From: a virus
IMG/VR virus record: IMGVR_UViG_3300025133_000072
Span: 11,721-75,720 of that record
Reading direction: 5' to 3' (one strand)
Length of the DNA stretch: 64,000 nt
In this document: piece by piece, positions 48,416 to 58,468 of the stretch
Layout: each line of letters opens with the position of its first letter
Numbering within the stretch: position 1 is the first letter of the stretch
The notes under the pieces: generated by a model
Database searches by the model: none
What the model was told of the DNA's origin: nothing
Seen by the model: the letters and a program-made list of their open reading frames with translations, nothing else
Program-made: the position numbers and the translations under genes

Positions 48416-50346
48416 ATATAGATGAGTTCATTGCCAGTGATCATTATTTAGGTCGCTTGTTTAATCAGAAGCAATCTGGAAGATGGGATCAGAGAGACTC
48501 AGAGGAATTCAGAGAGTGCTGGAGGCACCACTTACACAAGATTTACCCCAATCCTTTTTTTAGTCCTTTCCACGAGGTTATTCTCACTGGAGGAATTGGA
48601 ACAGGAAAGACCACAGGGGGAAATATCATAGGGGCTAAAGACATTGAGAATATTCAATGCATGGGCAATCCTCATGCTCGTTTTGGATTAGATCCCACAA
48701 CCGTTCTGGTCTTTGCTGTGTTCTCCGCTACGTTGAAACAAGTTCAGGATGTTGCCTTTCAACAGATCATGGGATTTTTTGATGTTAGTCCTTACTTCAA
48801 AGACTTGAGAAAAAGATCTTTGGCAGAATTTAAAAAGAAGGTATCCGAACAAGATCCCATGACACAGAAGAGACAGAAAGCTCTTCAAACATTGTTTCCC
48901 AAGAGGACTGATATTTCTGTGGGCTCTGTTGGGGGACATGGATTAGGGAAGGCTATTTTTGCTGCTGAGATTGATGAGTCTAATTTTGGGGGAAGACTGG
49001 GACAGGCTAAGGATACCTACACTACTCTAAGAAGGAGAATCCAGACTCGTTTTATGGAAGCGGGTGGAGGGCTCCCAGGACACATGATTTTGATATCTTC
49101 TAGAAAAGATGACACTGATTTTCTAGATGAGCATATTGAGAAGGTCAAAGATTCCAAAGGGGTCTATGTTGTAGAGATGCCGATTTGGGAAGCCAAGCCC
49201 CAAGTATATTCAGGCCATTCTTTCCCTGTGTTTGCAGGAGACACTACGACAGATCCTTTTATTATCGATGAGAGCAACATAGCTGATAGGGCTACGTTAG
49301 ATGAGTCCAATATCATTTATTTCCCTGAAGAGCACCGAGAGGACTGCTTACAAGACATTTACGGGGCTCTAAAGGATTTGGCTGGTCGCAGTACCATTAC
49401 GAGTAAAAAGCTCATTACTAAGCCAGCTCTGTTGGAACAGGCTATGTATTTCCCCATCATCACATCCCAGCAAGTCATTCGTCTCTCCTTAAAAGGTTCT
49501 GATAGGTTGATTGATTACGTGTATTCACATCTCCTGGGACAGAGGGCAGATCCACAGGCTCCTAGATTCATTCATTGTGACTTTTCCCTCACAGGCGATA
49601 GGACTGGGGTAGCTTGTTCGTATAACAAAGGATTCAAGAAGATTGAGCGTTATGATCCTTTGTCTGGAACCTATAAGGTTTTTTCAGAGCCCACTATAAA
49701 AACAGAATGGGTGATCTATCTTCAGTCTCGTCCTGGGGAAGAAATCCCTCTGTTCAAGATTTTGGAATTTATTGTGGATCTCAGGGATTCCTATAAATAT
49801 CATATTGGATTGCTTTCTACTGACGGATTTCAATCAGCCGATTTTAGACAACGAGCAGAGATGCAGCATTTTAAAACAGATGTTTTGTCTCTAGATAAAT
49901 CGAAAGACCCTTACATTAAATTTAGGATCATGGTGAATGATGGTAGGTGGGAGGGTCCGAGACATCCTCTTTTATTGAGAGAGTTTGTAGGGCTCAGGGA
50001 TACAGGGAAGAAATTTGATCACGGAACGGATAAGGAGGCTTGTTTTGTGGGGGAGACAGAGGTTCGTATTAGAAAAAAGGAGGGGGAATATAATATAGCA
50101 ATGGAGGCTCTCTCTAAGGAGGTTTTTGCCGAGATTTCTGTTTTGTCTTATGATCAAAGTAAAGGGACTTTTTGTTTTTCTAAATTAAACAGGTGTTGGG
50201 AGTCCAAAATTGTGGAGGAGTTGATCGAAATAGAGTTGGATGAGGGGACAGTTTTCAGATGTACTCCGGATCATTTAATTTTGACTAGAAGAGGATATGT
50301 GCAAGCTCAGGAGCTTACGTTAGAGGATGAATTAATTAGTGCTTAA
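48280..50346 (+). CDS. terL: Terminase large subunit, N-fragment + N-intein
   Basis: GGIGTGKT, IDESNF, IHCDFSLTGD, STDGFQS, KKFDH, then CFVGETEV...FRCTPDHLILT.RGYVQAQEL. Confidence 0.9.
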   Translation: MSSQKSQKTPIQEVFSILDPLYQKYPKVEVHKVIGKQFGYERVPVDIDEFIASDHYLGRLFNQKQSGRWDQRDSEEFRECWRHHLHKIYPNPFFSPFHEVILTGGIGTGKTTGGNIIGAKDIENIQCMGNPHARFGLDPTTVLVFAVFSATLKQVQDVAFQQIMGFFDVSPYFKDLRKRSLAEFKKKVSEQDPMTQKRQKALQTLFPKRTDISVGSVGGHGLGKAIFAAEIDESNFGGRLGQAKDTYTTLRRRIQTRFMEAGGGLPGHMILISSRKDDTDFLDEHIEKVKDSKGVYVVEMPIWEAKPQVYSGHSFPVFAGDTTTDPFIIDESNIADRATLDESNIIYFPEEHREDCLQDIYGALKDLAGRSTITSKKLITKPALLEQAMYFPIITSQQVIRLSLKGSDRLIDYVYSHLLGQRADPQAPRFIHCDFSLTGDRTGVACSYNKGFKKIERYDPLSGTYKVFSEPTIKTEWVIYLQSRPGEEIPLFKILEFIVDLRDSYKYHIGLLSTDGFQSADFRQRAEMQHFKTDVLSLDKSKDPYIKFRIMVNDGRWEGPRHPLLLREFVGLRDTGKKFDHGTDKEACFVGETEVRIRKKEGEYNIAMEALSKEVFAEISVLSYDQSKGTFCFSKLNRCWESKIVEELIEIELDEGTVFRCTPDHLILTRRGYVQAQELTLEDELISA
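50041..50346 (+). mobile_element. Split intein, N-half (101 aa)
   Basis: Block A CFVGETEV, block B TPDH, stop TAA at 50344. Confidence 0.88.
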
Positions 50347-50711
50347 GCTAGATCGGTATCTATATAAATACCCAAGTATATCTGATCATTTGGATGAGAT
50401 TATTTTTTTGTGCACAAAGGAGGGCTTGTCTGTAAGAGAAATATCGAAGGGGTTAGATTCGAATGTGCATCATGCCGTTATACAAAGAATTCTTAAGATG
50501 TTAGGCTTGCTGAGAAGTAAAGCAGAGACTTGATTTAGATATACCTCTTCCTTCTCAGCTTCGAGATAAATTGAGGCAAGGCGGGTTTTCACAGGTTGCT
50601 CAGGTTTTTCGATGGATTGGTAGATCCAGGAATTATGGGATTGCTTGGATAGAAAAGATTTATAGGCAAAAATACACAGAATTTTATAGGGAGCATTTTA
50701 ATGAAGATTAG
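50339..50711 (+). pseudogene. Interposed HTH/endonuclease-remnant gene, broken at about 50530
   Basis: GLSVREISK...IQRILKMLGLLRS in one frame; DLDIPLPSQLRD...REHFNED* in the next frame. Confidence 0.5.
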
Positions 50712-50973
50712 ATCAATTCAAAGAGTTTTTTGTTCTCCCACACCTGTTTATGATTTAGAAACAGAAGAATTCCATAATTTTGCTTTAGGATGTGGTGTGA
50801 TTGTTCACAATTCGAAAGATGGTGCTGATGCCGTGGGAGGGTCTGTGTATCAAGCAGCTACTTCCGATTCTCAGCCACAGGTATACGCTGATGATTTAAT
50901 AGCTCAAATGGAAGCCGAACTTCAGAGAGGTTCTGAGGGTGGTCTTTTGTCTGATTTGTTTGATGATGATTAG
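50701..50973 (+). CDS. Split intein C-half (37 aa) + terminase C-terminal extein
   Basis: MKIRSI...VYDLETEEFHNFALGCGVIVHN|SKDGADAV; SD AGGGAG. Confidence 0.9.
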   Translation: MKIRSIQRVFCSPTPVYDLETEEFHNFALGCGVIVHNSKDGADAVGGSVYQAATSDSQPQVYADDLIAQMEAELQRGSEGGLLSDLFDDD

Positions 50974-51060
50974 GATTGATTTGCTTTGTTTTGTTTTTCG
51001 CCGTTTTCCCCTGGAATCTGGTACAATAGAATAGGGTAGTAGAATAGAGAATATACTGCT

Positions 51061-52767
51061 GTGTTTGCCTTATTAGATCCCCGAACCTACTATCAATCCT
51101 TCCAAAAATTATTCCAGAGGGATGATCCTTGGTTAAAGCAGATCACGAACGCTGTTGATCAGGCAAAACTTGAAACCAGAGAAACAACAGCCTTCAAGAT
51201 CTATCAGACTTATCAGGATCTAGCAGGTTTGATCGCTGATCTTAATCCCTTTATTGATTATTATCTTGTAGATCTGATCTTAAACACTCATAAGGATCAG
51301 ACACTTTCAGAAGACCCCTCTTCCGGGAAAATGTTCACGATCGAAATAGATTCCAAAGCTCAGAACGCTTCTAAAATCCAGAAAAGAATTGATCGTCTTT
51401 ATGAGGTGATTGATCTGGAGGCTGTTTTAGCTGATGTTCTTTCGGACGCTATGTTCTGGGGCCAGTATCCTTTGAGGATTATGTTTCAGAAGACTGGAAC
51501 AGAAAAAGGGATTGTAGACCTGCTTGATGTAGTGCAGCCTGGATCATTAGTCTCTATTCATCGTAAGCACCTTCCTTCTATTGTGTTTGAAAAAACAGGC
51601 AGGGAAATTAGGACGTTCAATCCTTGGGAATACTGGACCTTGGATATGTCGATGAGAAAACTTATGATCGAAAGCCAGTATGGGTGGACTAAAATTCCTT
51701 ATCACCTTCGAGTAGGCCGACCTATGTTTGCTAATCTCCTTCCTCAGATTCGAGATCTGATGTCCTTGGAGATTATCGATGTAGCCAGAGAGCTTGCTGA
51801 GCTATCCCGGAATTCGCTTGTGAATATCTCAGGTCCTGATGGATTGGATTTGGACAAGCAGAAGATCTATACCACTTATTATGAGAAGAAGATCAATCGT
51901 AAAGTAGGCGACCTCACTACCATGTCTCCTCAAGCTATTGAGAAGATCATCCGGAAATCCGGAGAGATGAAAGCCATCATCCGAGACTCCAGTAAGGGGG
52001 AAGTGAACCCCATATCTCTATCACAGGCTCATCATGGAGAGAATAGGATAGATAAGATCAAGGATCGAAGAGAAGCCATTTGTACCAGTACAGGAACCCC
52101 TTTTGAGGTTGTGTTCGGTCAAACAGATGTTTCTGCTCGTGGAGGCATTCGACAATTTGCCAGATTTCAAAAACGTATAGCTGCGAATCACAAGGCTATC
52201 GGTTGGGCTATTAAGCGATTGATAGCTATCGATACTGCCATGGCTGGGATTGAGATCAGGAACTGGAAAGATATCCAGGTAAATTTCTCTAACTTCATTG
52301 ATGCAGAAGAGCTTCAGACTTTAGAGGCTATAGATACTAAGTTCGCTATGTATACAACGGCGGTTCAGTATATGAATGAGCTTGGAGACAGTTCGGTGTT
52401 ATCGCCTTATGTGAAAAAGGATAAAGCTGCGGAGTTCATGCAAACTCTCATGGGTGGAATGAAAGGAGCAGCGGAGATTTTAGACCCAGCTAATCCAGAG
52501 GAGCCTGAAGGAGAACCAGGAGGAGATTTTGGAGGACCGGGTAATTTTGGGAATCAACAGCAGCAACCACAAGATGCCCCAGCAGCAGAGCCCCAGCCAG
52601 CCCCAGGACCTTCCCCAGAAAAAGAACCAGAGGTGACAACCGAGCCCGAAGCTAAGCCAGAGCCTGAAGAAGAAAAGGCTAAGAAAGAGCCCGAAGAGAA
52701 AACTCCGAAAGAGGACGAAAAGGCCAAACCAAAAAAGAAGCCAAAAACTAAGCCTAAGTCCAAATGA
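51061..52767 (+). CDS. Portal protein
   Basis: Follows terL; 568 aa with T4 gp20-like layout and a low-complexity C-tail. Confidence 0.75.
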   Translation: MFALLDPRTYYQSFQKLFQRDDPWLKQITNAVDQAKLETRETTAFKIYQTYQDLAGLIADLNPFIDYYLVDLILNTHKDQTLSEDPSSGKMFTIEIDSKAQNASKIQKRIDRLYEVIDLEAVLADVLSDAMFWGQYPLRIMFQKTGTEKGIVDLLDVVQPGSLVSIHRKHLPSIVFEKTGREIRTFNPWEYWTLDMSMRKLMIESQYGWTKIPYHLRVGRPMFANLLPQIRDLMSLEIIDVARELAELSRNSLVNISGPDGLDLDKQKIYTTYYEKKINRKVGDLTTMSPQAIEKIIRKSGEMKAIIRDSSKGEVNPISLSQAHHGENRIDKIKDRREAICTSTGTPFEVVFGQTDVSARGGIRQFARFQKRIAANHKAIGWAIKRLIAIDTAMAGIEIRNWKDIQVNFSNFIDAEELQTLEAIDTKFAMYTTAVQYMNELGDSSVLSPYVKKDKAAEFMQTLMGGMKGAAEILDPANPEEPEGEPGGDFGGPGNFGNQQQQPQDAPAAEPQPAPGPSPEKEPEVTTEPEAKPEPEEEKAKKEPEEKTPKEDEKAKPKKKPKTKPKSK

Positions 52768-53075
52768 AAGGGGCAGTGATTATGGAATTCGATTGGAAAT
52801 CAATAACAATGATCCTTGAGGCGGTAATTGCCGTCATTCTGTTCTATGTGGAGTCTCCCAAATCCAGAAAGATTTTAAAGGCTGTTATCGAAGGAATAGA
52901 AGAGGGCGGGAAGAAGCTCAAAGATATCCACGGAGAGAACAGTCGTAAAGAGGTTATGGAGAAAATAACCAAAGTAGCCAAGCATCATGGAGTTCATGAT
53001 TCCCTTGAGGCCAAAGTTCATTGGGTAACAGGGAAGCTTAAGGGACTTGGATTCTGGAAAAGTCTTTTTGGCTAA
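52764..53075 (+). CDS. Small membrane protein (holin-like)
   Basis: One N-terminal TM helix and an amphipathic remainder. Confidence 0.45.
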   Translation: MKGAVIMEFDWKSITMILEAVIAVILFYVESPKSRKILKAVIEGIEEGGKKLKDIHGENSRKEVMEKITKVAKHHGVHDSLEAKVHWVTGKLKGLGFWKSLFG

Positions 53076-53180
53076 AAGACTTGTCATTCTCTTTTAATTT
53101 TCTTAGACTGATAAAAGCTGAAATCTTTCAGTTAGATCGTCAGGCTTGTTTGTGGTATTGGTGTAAGCAAGCGCTGACGG

Positions 53181-53435
53181 TTGCCCCTGATGATCATTCC
53201 TTATTTAAAAGAGCAAGCAGAGAATAAGGAACTTATCCTGTCTCTGGGGTTCTCAATTATTCCCAGACGTAACTATTCTCATATCTATGTGAGAAAAGAT
53301 CTTCACATTTGGTTTTGCCACAAGGGTTGGGTCGTTGCTCGAAGAGATCCTGAAACCCATCAATTTTCTGATCACGATTCTTTCCTAGATCTGTTCTCCG
53401 CCATACAATTTACTCTCCCTATTATATCTTGTTAA
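53181..53435 (+). CDS. Hypothetical protein
   Basis: Downstream of TTGTCA-17-TAGACT and a hairpin leader. Confidence 0.45.
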   Translation: MPLMIIPYLKEQAENKELILSLGFSIIPRRNYSHIYVRKDLHIWFCHKGWVVARRDPETHQFSDHDSFLDLFSAIQFTLPIISC

Positions 53436-53686
53436 GTCTATTACTATTATGGTACACTAATAGTAAGCAAAAGGTATTCATCATTGGAGATAGAGGAGAA
53501 GCTAGTGGATTGGGCGTTATTATTAGAAGAGTTTGTGGAAGTTTATAATTCATTTGGAGATTACCCGGTGAGTTTAGCTTTAAAGATCTTGTGGGAAACA
53601 AAGCTTTTTTGGGCTTTTGCTACTTTGTTCGTGGTTTAGTTTTAGTCGTTGACACTTCTAATATAGTTCAAGTAAACTAAAAGAGA

Positions 53687-54046
53687 ATGGATAGGCAACA
53701 AAGAACCAAAGAGATGTTTGAGAATCCTGTAGTCGGGGCTGTTTTTCAGGAGATGTTTTCTTTCTGGATTATGGTTGTTCTTGTTTTTAATGATGAGATA
53801 ACTTGGGTAGAGGTATTCGGAGGAGCTAAATTTTCAGAGGGTAAAATGTATCGAGGGACTCCAGACGAGTTTCGAGATCGTTTTCATTACGGATCGATAG
53901 ATGGGTATTCAGTAGATTTTGAAGAGGTTCATTCTATGGGGACTCAGTTTCGGAATAAGTTGGTAGCTAATGCAGAACAAGCAGAAACAGCAGAAGCCCA
54001 AGGAAAAAAGCGTGAGCAAAAATCAATCGAGAACAGCCGGATTTAA
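53687..54046 (+). CDS. Hypothetical protein
   Basis: Promoter TTGACA-17-TAAACT just upstream. Confidence 0.55.
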   Translation: MDRQQRTKEMFENPVVGAVFQEMFSFWIMVVLVFNDEITWVEVFGGAKFSEGKMYRGTPDEFRDRFHYGSIDGYSVDFEEVHSMGTQFRNKLVANAEQAETAEAQGKKREQKSIENSRI

Positions 54047-54096
54047 TAGAAGAAATCAAACGCAGGCTGATTTATTTCCCGTGGGATATCCAGTCT

Positions 54097-54468
54097 TTGA
54101 TCTCTAAGCCTAGATACAACGAATTTGTAATAGAGCATTTTGATCTAGATTCGTTTAGGAAAAAGGAGGAAATAAACAGAGAGATTTTAGTCAGAATTTC
54201 TTTAAAAGATCTGTACCAGGAATTGACCCCGGCTGCGTTCATGCTTCAATTACGCCATTTAATGGAGAAGGTAAAACACAATACAGAAGGAGACAATATC
54301 TTCATCCAACACATTGAAGGAAGCCATGGTCTTTACATATTTAAAAAACAGGTAGTTCGAGAGTCGGACGATGATGTGATCAGTAGGCTCGTAAGAGTGG
54401 TTGAGACGGCGGTACAAGAACACGGAGCTTCTAAGATCAAAACGGACTGGGGAAAATTCGGTGGGTAG
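54097..54468 (+). CDS. Tandem paralogue 1 (FxLDSFR family)
   Basis: EHFDLDSFR...RESDDDVISRL. Confidence 0.65.
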   Translation: MISKPRYNEFVIEHFDLDSFRKKEEINREILVRISLKDLYQELTPAAFMLQLRHLMEKVKHNTEGDNIFIQHIEGSHGLYIFKKQVVRESDDDVISRLVRVVETAVQEHGASKIKTDWGKFGG

Positions 54469-54835
54469 ATTCAAAACCATAGAAGAATTCAGAGAATCTA
54501 ACATCCCTGTCTATTTTCAACTGGATTCTTTCAGGGACTTAAATAAAAAATCAATAGAAAAAAAGAGGGTTCATTTAGCAGTGTTGGAAGGTCCGGTTAG
54601 CAGAGGTCAGGCTTCTTTGAATTTCAGAAAGGGATTAGCGGAGATCTTAAGTTCTCCAGAAGGGTCAACAGTCCATGTAACCGGGCCTCCGACTAATGAA
54701 CTCTCCATGGTCATTACTACGTCAATAATCAGACCAGAGACGGATGCTGAGGTAATCTCTAATCTCCAGCGCATGATATTCGATGCAGTATACGAAATAT
54801 CTTCAGAAAGGGAGTTAAGGCGTGAAAAAATTTAA
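54461..54835 (+). CDS. Tandem paralogue 2
   Basis: YFQLDSFR...RPETDAEVISNL. Confidence 0.65.
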   Translation: MGRFKTIEEFRESNIPVYFQLDSFRDLNKKSIEKKRVHLAVLEGPVSRGQASLNFRKGLAEILSSPEGSTVHVTGPPTNELSMVITTSIIRPETDAEVISNLQRMIFDAVYEISSERELRREKI

Positions 54836-55382
54836 GAGTTTCTCAGACACAAAAGGAATAGTAGAGATTTTCGAATCCGTCGCAGCTTCAGACAGACCAG
54901 AAAAAATAAAAGAGCATTTTGATTTAGATTCCTTCAGAACAAGCGCAGTCTTTTCCAAAAACACAATTATTTCTATAAACCAAGTCCTCTCAGGACAAAT
55001 GAGCAAAGGCCAATTACTGTTAGCTATAAGAACATTAGCAGAAAAAATCCAAGTCACAGCAGATGATCTGTTATTTGAGTGCCTACCAAATTCCGGGAGA
55101 ATAGAAGGAATAAAAATAGAAACACACGAAGAATCAGATCACTCGGTAATACATAGAATTCTAGACTTCATACTCAATGCCCTCCACGCCAAAAAAGAAG
55201 TAGAAGAAGCCGTAGCCAGAGCCAAACAGGACAAAGATCAAACTAACCAATATGTAAAGGAATACAAAAGAGAATTGAGACAAGAAAACGGTCTTAATCC
55301 CTCTCCTGTCACAGCAGGAGGATACACATTCTACAAAGGCTCCTATGCCTATAATGCTACAGAGGATGAGGAAGATATTTAG
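54822..55382 (+). CDS. Tandem paralogue 3
   Basis: EHFDLDSFR...EESDHSVIHRI. Confidence 0.65.
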   Translation: MKKFKSFSDTKGIVEIFESVAASDRPEKIKEHFDLDSFRTSAVFSKNTIISINQVLSGQMSKGQLLLAIRTLAEKIQVTADDLLFECLPNSGRIEGIKIETHEESDHSVIHRILDFILNALHAKKEVEEAVARAKQDKDQTNQYVKEYKRELRQENGLNPSPVTAGGYTFYKGSYAYNATEDEEDI

Positions 55383-55441
55383 ATCAAACCAAATGCAAGA
55401 AAAAACACTCACAGTTTTTTAAGAGAACAGAGAAGGTTTAT

Positions 55442-55816
55442 ATGTTTAAAAGACTCTTAGATAAATTCAGAAAAAGAATAGAAAAACCTAAACAGAAAGA
55501 CAGTATAGAAAACCTACTGAAAGATGTTATGGAGGAATGTACAGTCATCTCGTTAAGAGAGTTCTCCCACCATATCCAAAAAGAACAAAAGACTTATGTA
55601 GAGAGGGAGACTAAAGACAAGTTCCTAAAGAGGTTATCGGAAGTTGAAAAAGAGTATCACATCCAAATCCATTTATCAGATGCACATATGGAAACACATT
55701 ATGAGGGGAACGTAATTTCCTTTTCCCTTAAGAACTTTAGATCCACGGTATACCCAGAGTCTCCTTTTATGAAGAGGTTAACACAATGTCAAAAGAGGAT
55801 CAGGCGAGGGAATTAG
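55442..55816 (+). CDS. Hypothetical protein
   Basis: ORF with an SD-like AAGG. Confidence 0.5.
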   Translation: MFKRLLDKFRKRIEKPKQKDSIENLLKDVMEECTVISLREFSHHIQKEQKTYVERETKDKFLKRLSEVEKEYHIQIHLSDAHMETHYEGNVISFSLKNFRSTVYPESPFMKRLTQCQKRIRRGN

Positions 55817-56275
55817 TGAAGAGATTAGCGGAAGCCTTCAAGGACGCTAAGGAATTTGCCAATAAAGCGGAGGGGAAATGAGTAAATCAGAAAAAGAACT
55901 TTTAGAAGAACAGAAAACAGATTATTATTTAAAGGAACCAAAATGACAGAACAGATAGAACAGACAAAACCACCTACGATTCAATTACCGGAGGTCATCT
56001 CCTATATCAAGCTCCCGGATGGTGAGACGCTTTGTGTTTCCCTTGAGTTGTTTTTGAGTGTAATGCCCCTGAGAATCAACTAAGGAAAGATTTTTACTCT
56101 TATATCGCATAACAGCCAATTCTCACGGCTCTTTTGAAGTTTAGGATTAATCCCTTGTCGAGCCCTTGGATCTTCGTCCCACAAGGCCCTGAGAGATCCA
56201 TATTGTGTGGATTTCTATTATAAACTTTACATTCTCTTATAGTGGGATGTATACTTTTAGAAAAGGTAGGTAATT

Positions 56276-56677
56276 ATGGATTCTGAAATCCTTAAGCAAC
56301 AAGCAAACGAGGCCGAAAGGCTTTTCCTTCGAAACAATGTTCCCTTCTTCAAAGAGGACATCAAAACATATAAAGTCCAGGGTATAACTTTTCACCTGGA
56401 TTCTGGGGAATGGAAATCCTCAGAGGAATATGGGAACAATGTGTATTCTCTTGTTCGTCATTTGACTCAGAAGAACAAGGCTCAGTTGATCCGGGATATT
56501 CCCTGGAACAAAAATGTGTGGTCTTGTCCGGAGAATCAGAAACTCTCTTTGCTCATGGATACGTCCGGCAAGCGAAAGATCGTTTATGGAAGACGAATAG
56601 GGCATGAGTTTCAGTCCCTGGAAAATCCGAGCGTAACTTATGAGGCCACAAACATGGTCGGCTGGGTTTTGCTTTGA
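56276..56677 (+). CDS. Hypothetical protein
   Basis: ORF following a TATACT element. Confidence 0.55.
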   Translation: MDSEILKQQANEAERLFLRNNVPFFKEDIKTYKVQGITFHLDSGEWKSSEEYGNNVYSLVRHLTQKNKAQLIRDIPWNKNVWSCPENQKLSLLMDTSGKRKIVYGRRIGHEFQSLENPSVTYEATNMVGWVLL

Positions 56678-57010
56678 GTAAAGTTTATAGAGAATTGAAA
56701 CGAGATATGTTCTTGTTTCTTCAATGCCTAATAGCAGGCGTTGGAATTTCCATTGATTTGTTTGCTGATTTGTTAAACTGGATATCAGGTCTTTTGTTAG
56801 ATGCTTTTACTTATTGTAACAATCAGACAAGGCGGTAGAGGGTGAAGGACAAAACTCGATTCATTTACATTGACGGGCAAATCTATCGTTGTTCCCACGA
56901 TGTGTGGGCTGTGGATTTTAACCCAAAGCTTACCAAGTTAATAAGGCTTTTTCTAAGGCTTTTTCCTCTTAATGAAGGCAGGAAACCGTGAGTAAGGATG
57001 AGGGCAAGAA

Positions 57011-57325
57011 ATGAACCTCCTCCTGTTTACCAACATAGGCTTAGTTCTCATTGCTCTGTGGTTTGGCCTGTGGGCTGTTTACCTCTATCTGGAGGAGTAT
57101 GTCTACAAGCATTTTCTTAAGCTGCATAAAGACGGACATCTACACGATGAAAACCATCTCAAAGCCATTGAGCAGCAGAGGCTTAATGTTTGGGTAGTTC
57201 GGTCTTGGGGTCCTCTCATTTTCTTTTACAAGTGGCGGGAAATGGGAAATAACACATCCTTCCTAATACGGTTTTGGTGGATAGAGAAGAAGATAAAATG
57301 GAAGCACTTTTTCGGATTAAAATAG
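57011..57325 (+). CDS. Membrane protein
   Basis: N-terminal TM helix. Confidence 0.5.
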   Translation: MNLLLFTNIGLVLIALWFGLWAVYLYLEEYVYKHFLKLHKDGHLHDENHLKAIEQQRLNVWVVRSWGPLIFFYKWREMGNNTSFLIRFWWIEKKIKWKHFFGLK

Positions 57326-57529
57326 CGGGACGGTGTTCCCGAAGATATCTGGATGCTCTCTTGATCAAGGGCAACGACTGGAGACGTGTTTTCTATTGCC
57401 CTGAGTTGAGGCAGTGTGTTCGATTAGACAGGACTGGGTTCGGTTGGATTCAGAAGGGTCGTGGAGAGGCTTTCAGGAAAATGAGTCTTATGGAGAGAAG
57501 GGGCGGGGAATGGTTGATGTCAAAGTAAT

Positions 57530-58459
57530 ATGGGACAAGGGAAAATGAAGATAAAGTTTCAATACCATACTTTGTTTGGTCAGGCGTATGCTTGGTTCTA
57601 TAAGAAAACAGACAAAGCCCCTGGAAGACCCAATATTTTCTACAATACCAAACCTGTGTCTGTTCATCGCAGAGTTAATAAAATTAGATCCTTCTTATGG
57701 GAGATGGGCCAGCTCTACAATACTTTTATAGACCTTCAGTTTCCGATATATACTTCTGGTCAGTTGATCGGTTTGAGGAAAAGATTAGAACCAGAGCATG
57801 GGGCTTGGCTTGAATGGACAGCTTTAATCGAACGGGAATACACAAGTCTGTACCAGGAGTTCCAACAGAAAGAAAAGCTAGTTCCTCCAGATGATTTTCT
57901 CAATTCCCTGAAGATCCAGTTTGAGTTTGGGGTATTGGGAGAGGTTCATTCTTCTATCTCCCAATTGACCAGGATAGACTACGGCACTTCTTCTGATTTC
58001 AAGAATCTAGAAAAATTTGAAGCTCGGATGGTTCGGACCAATGAAATAGAGAAAGCTATCTTAGAGACTCTAGATGCTTACAAAGATCTTCCTTTTGTAG
58101 AGGCTCTTTTACGTCGAGCGAAATCCAATATAAAAGGAAACAAGCGATTTATCGAACATTCCATAGAACAGTGCAAGGCCCAGGAGGGGAAGTGCCCGTT
58201 TAAAGTAGGGATGTCTGTTCTGATAACAAAGCAGCGATTCAACCAAACAGGACAATATCCCGGAATCATATCCAAGGTAGATCCAAAGAACTTCAAACTT
58301 GTGTGGATTGATTGCAAGGCATTGAGTGGAGCCAAGGGCAAGGGGGTTAAGTTTTACAAGGATCGTTATGGAAGTTGGGCTAAGTGGGGGTCTGGAGCAG
58401 ATTCTTATGGCCCTTCCTATTTTATTTTGGATTCTGAGGGAAAGCGATTAGGTCGGTAG
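57530..58459 (+). CDS. Hypothetical protein (possible C-terminal SH3-like barrel)
   Basis: 309-aa ORF; CPFKVGMSVLI. Confidence 0.6.
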   Translation: MGQGKMKIKFQYHTLFGQAYAWFYKKTDKAPGRPNIFYNTKPVSVHRRVNKIRSFLWEMGQLYNTFIDLQFPIYTSGQLIGLRKRLEPEHGAWLEWTALIEREYTSLYQEFQQKEKLVPPDDFLNSLKIQFEFGVLGEVHSSISQLTRIDYGTSSDFKNLEKFEARMVRTNEIEKAILETLDAYKDLPFVEALLRRAKSNIKGNKRFIEHSIEQCKAQEGKCPFKVGMSVLITKQRFNQTGQYPGIISKVDPKNFKLVWIDCKALSGAKGKGVKFYKDRYGSWAKWGSGADSYGPSYFILDSEGKRLGR

Positions 58460-58468
58460 AGGCATCTC

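Noticed and set aside
56942-56966. 12-bp tandem duplication taaggctttttc
   Set aside because: A single local duplication with no supporting context.
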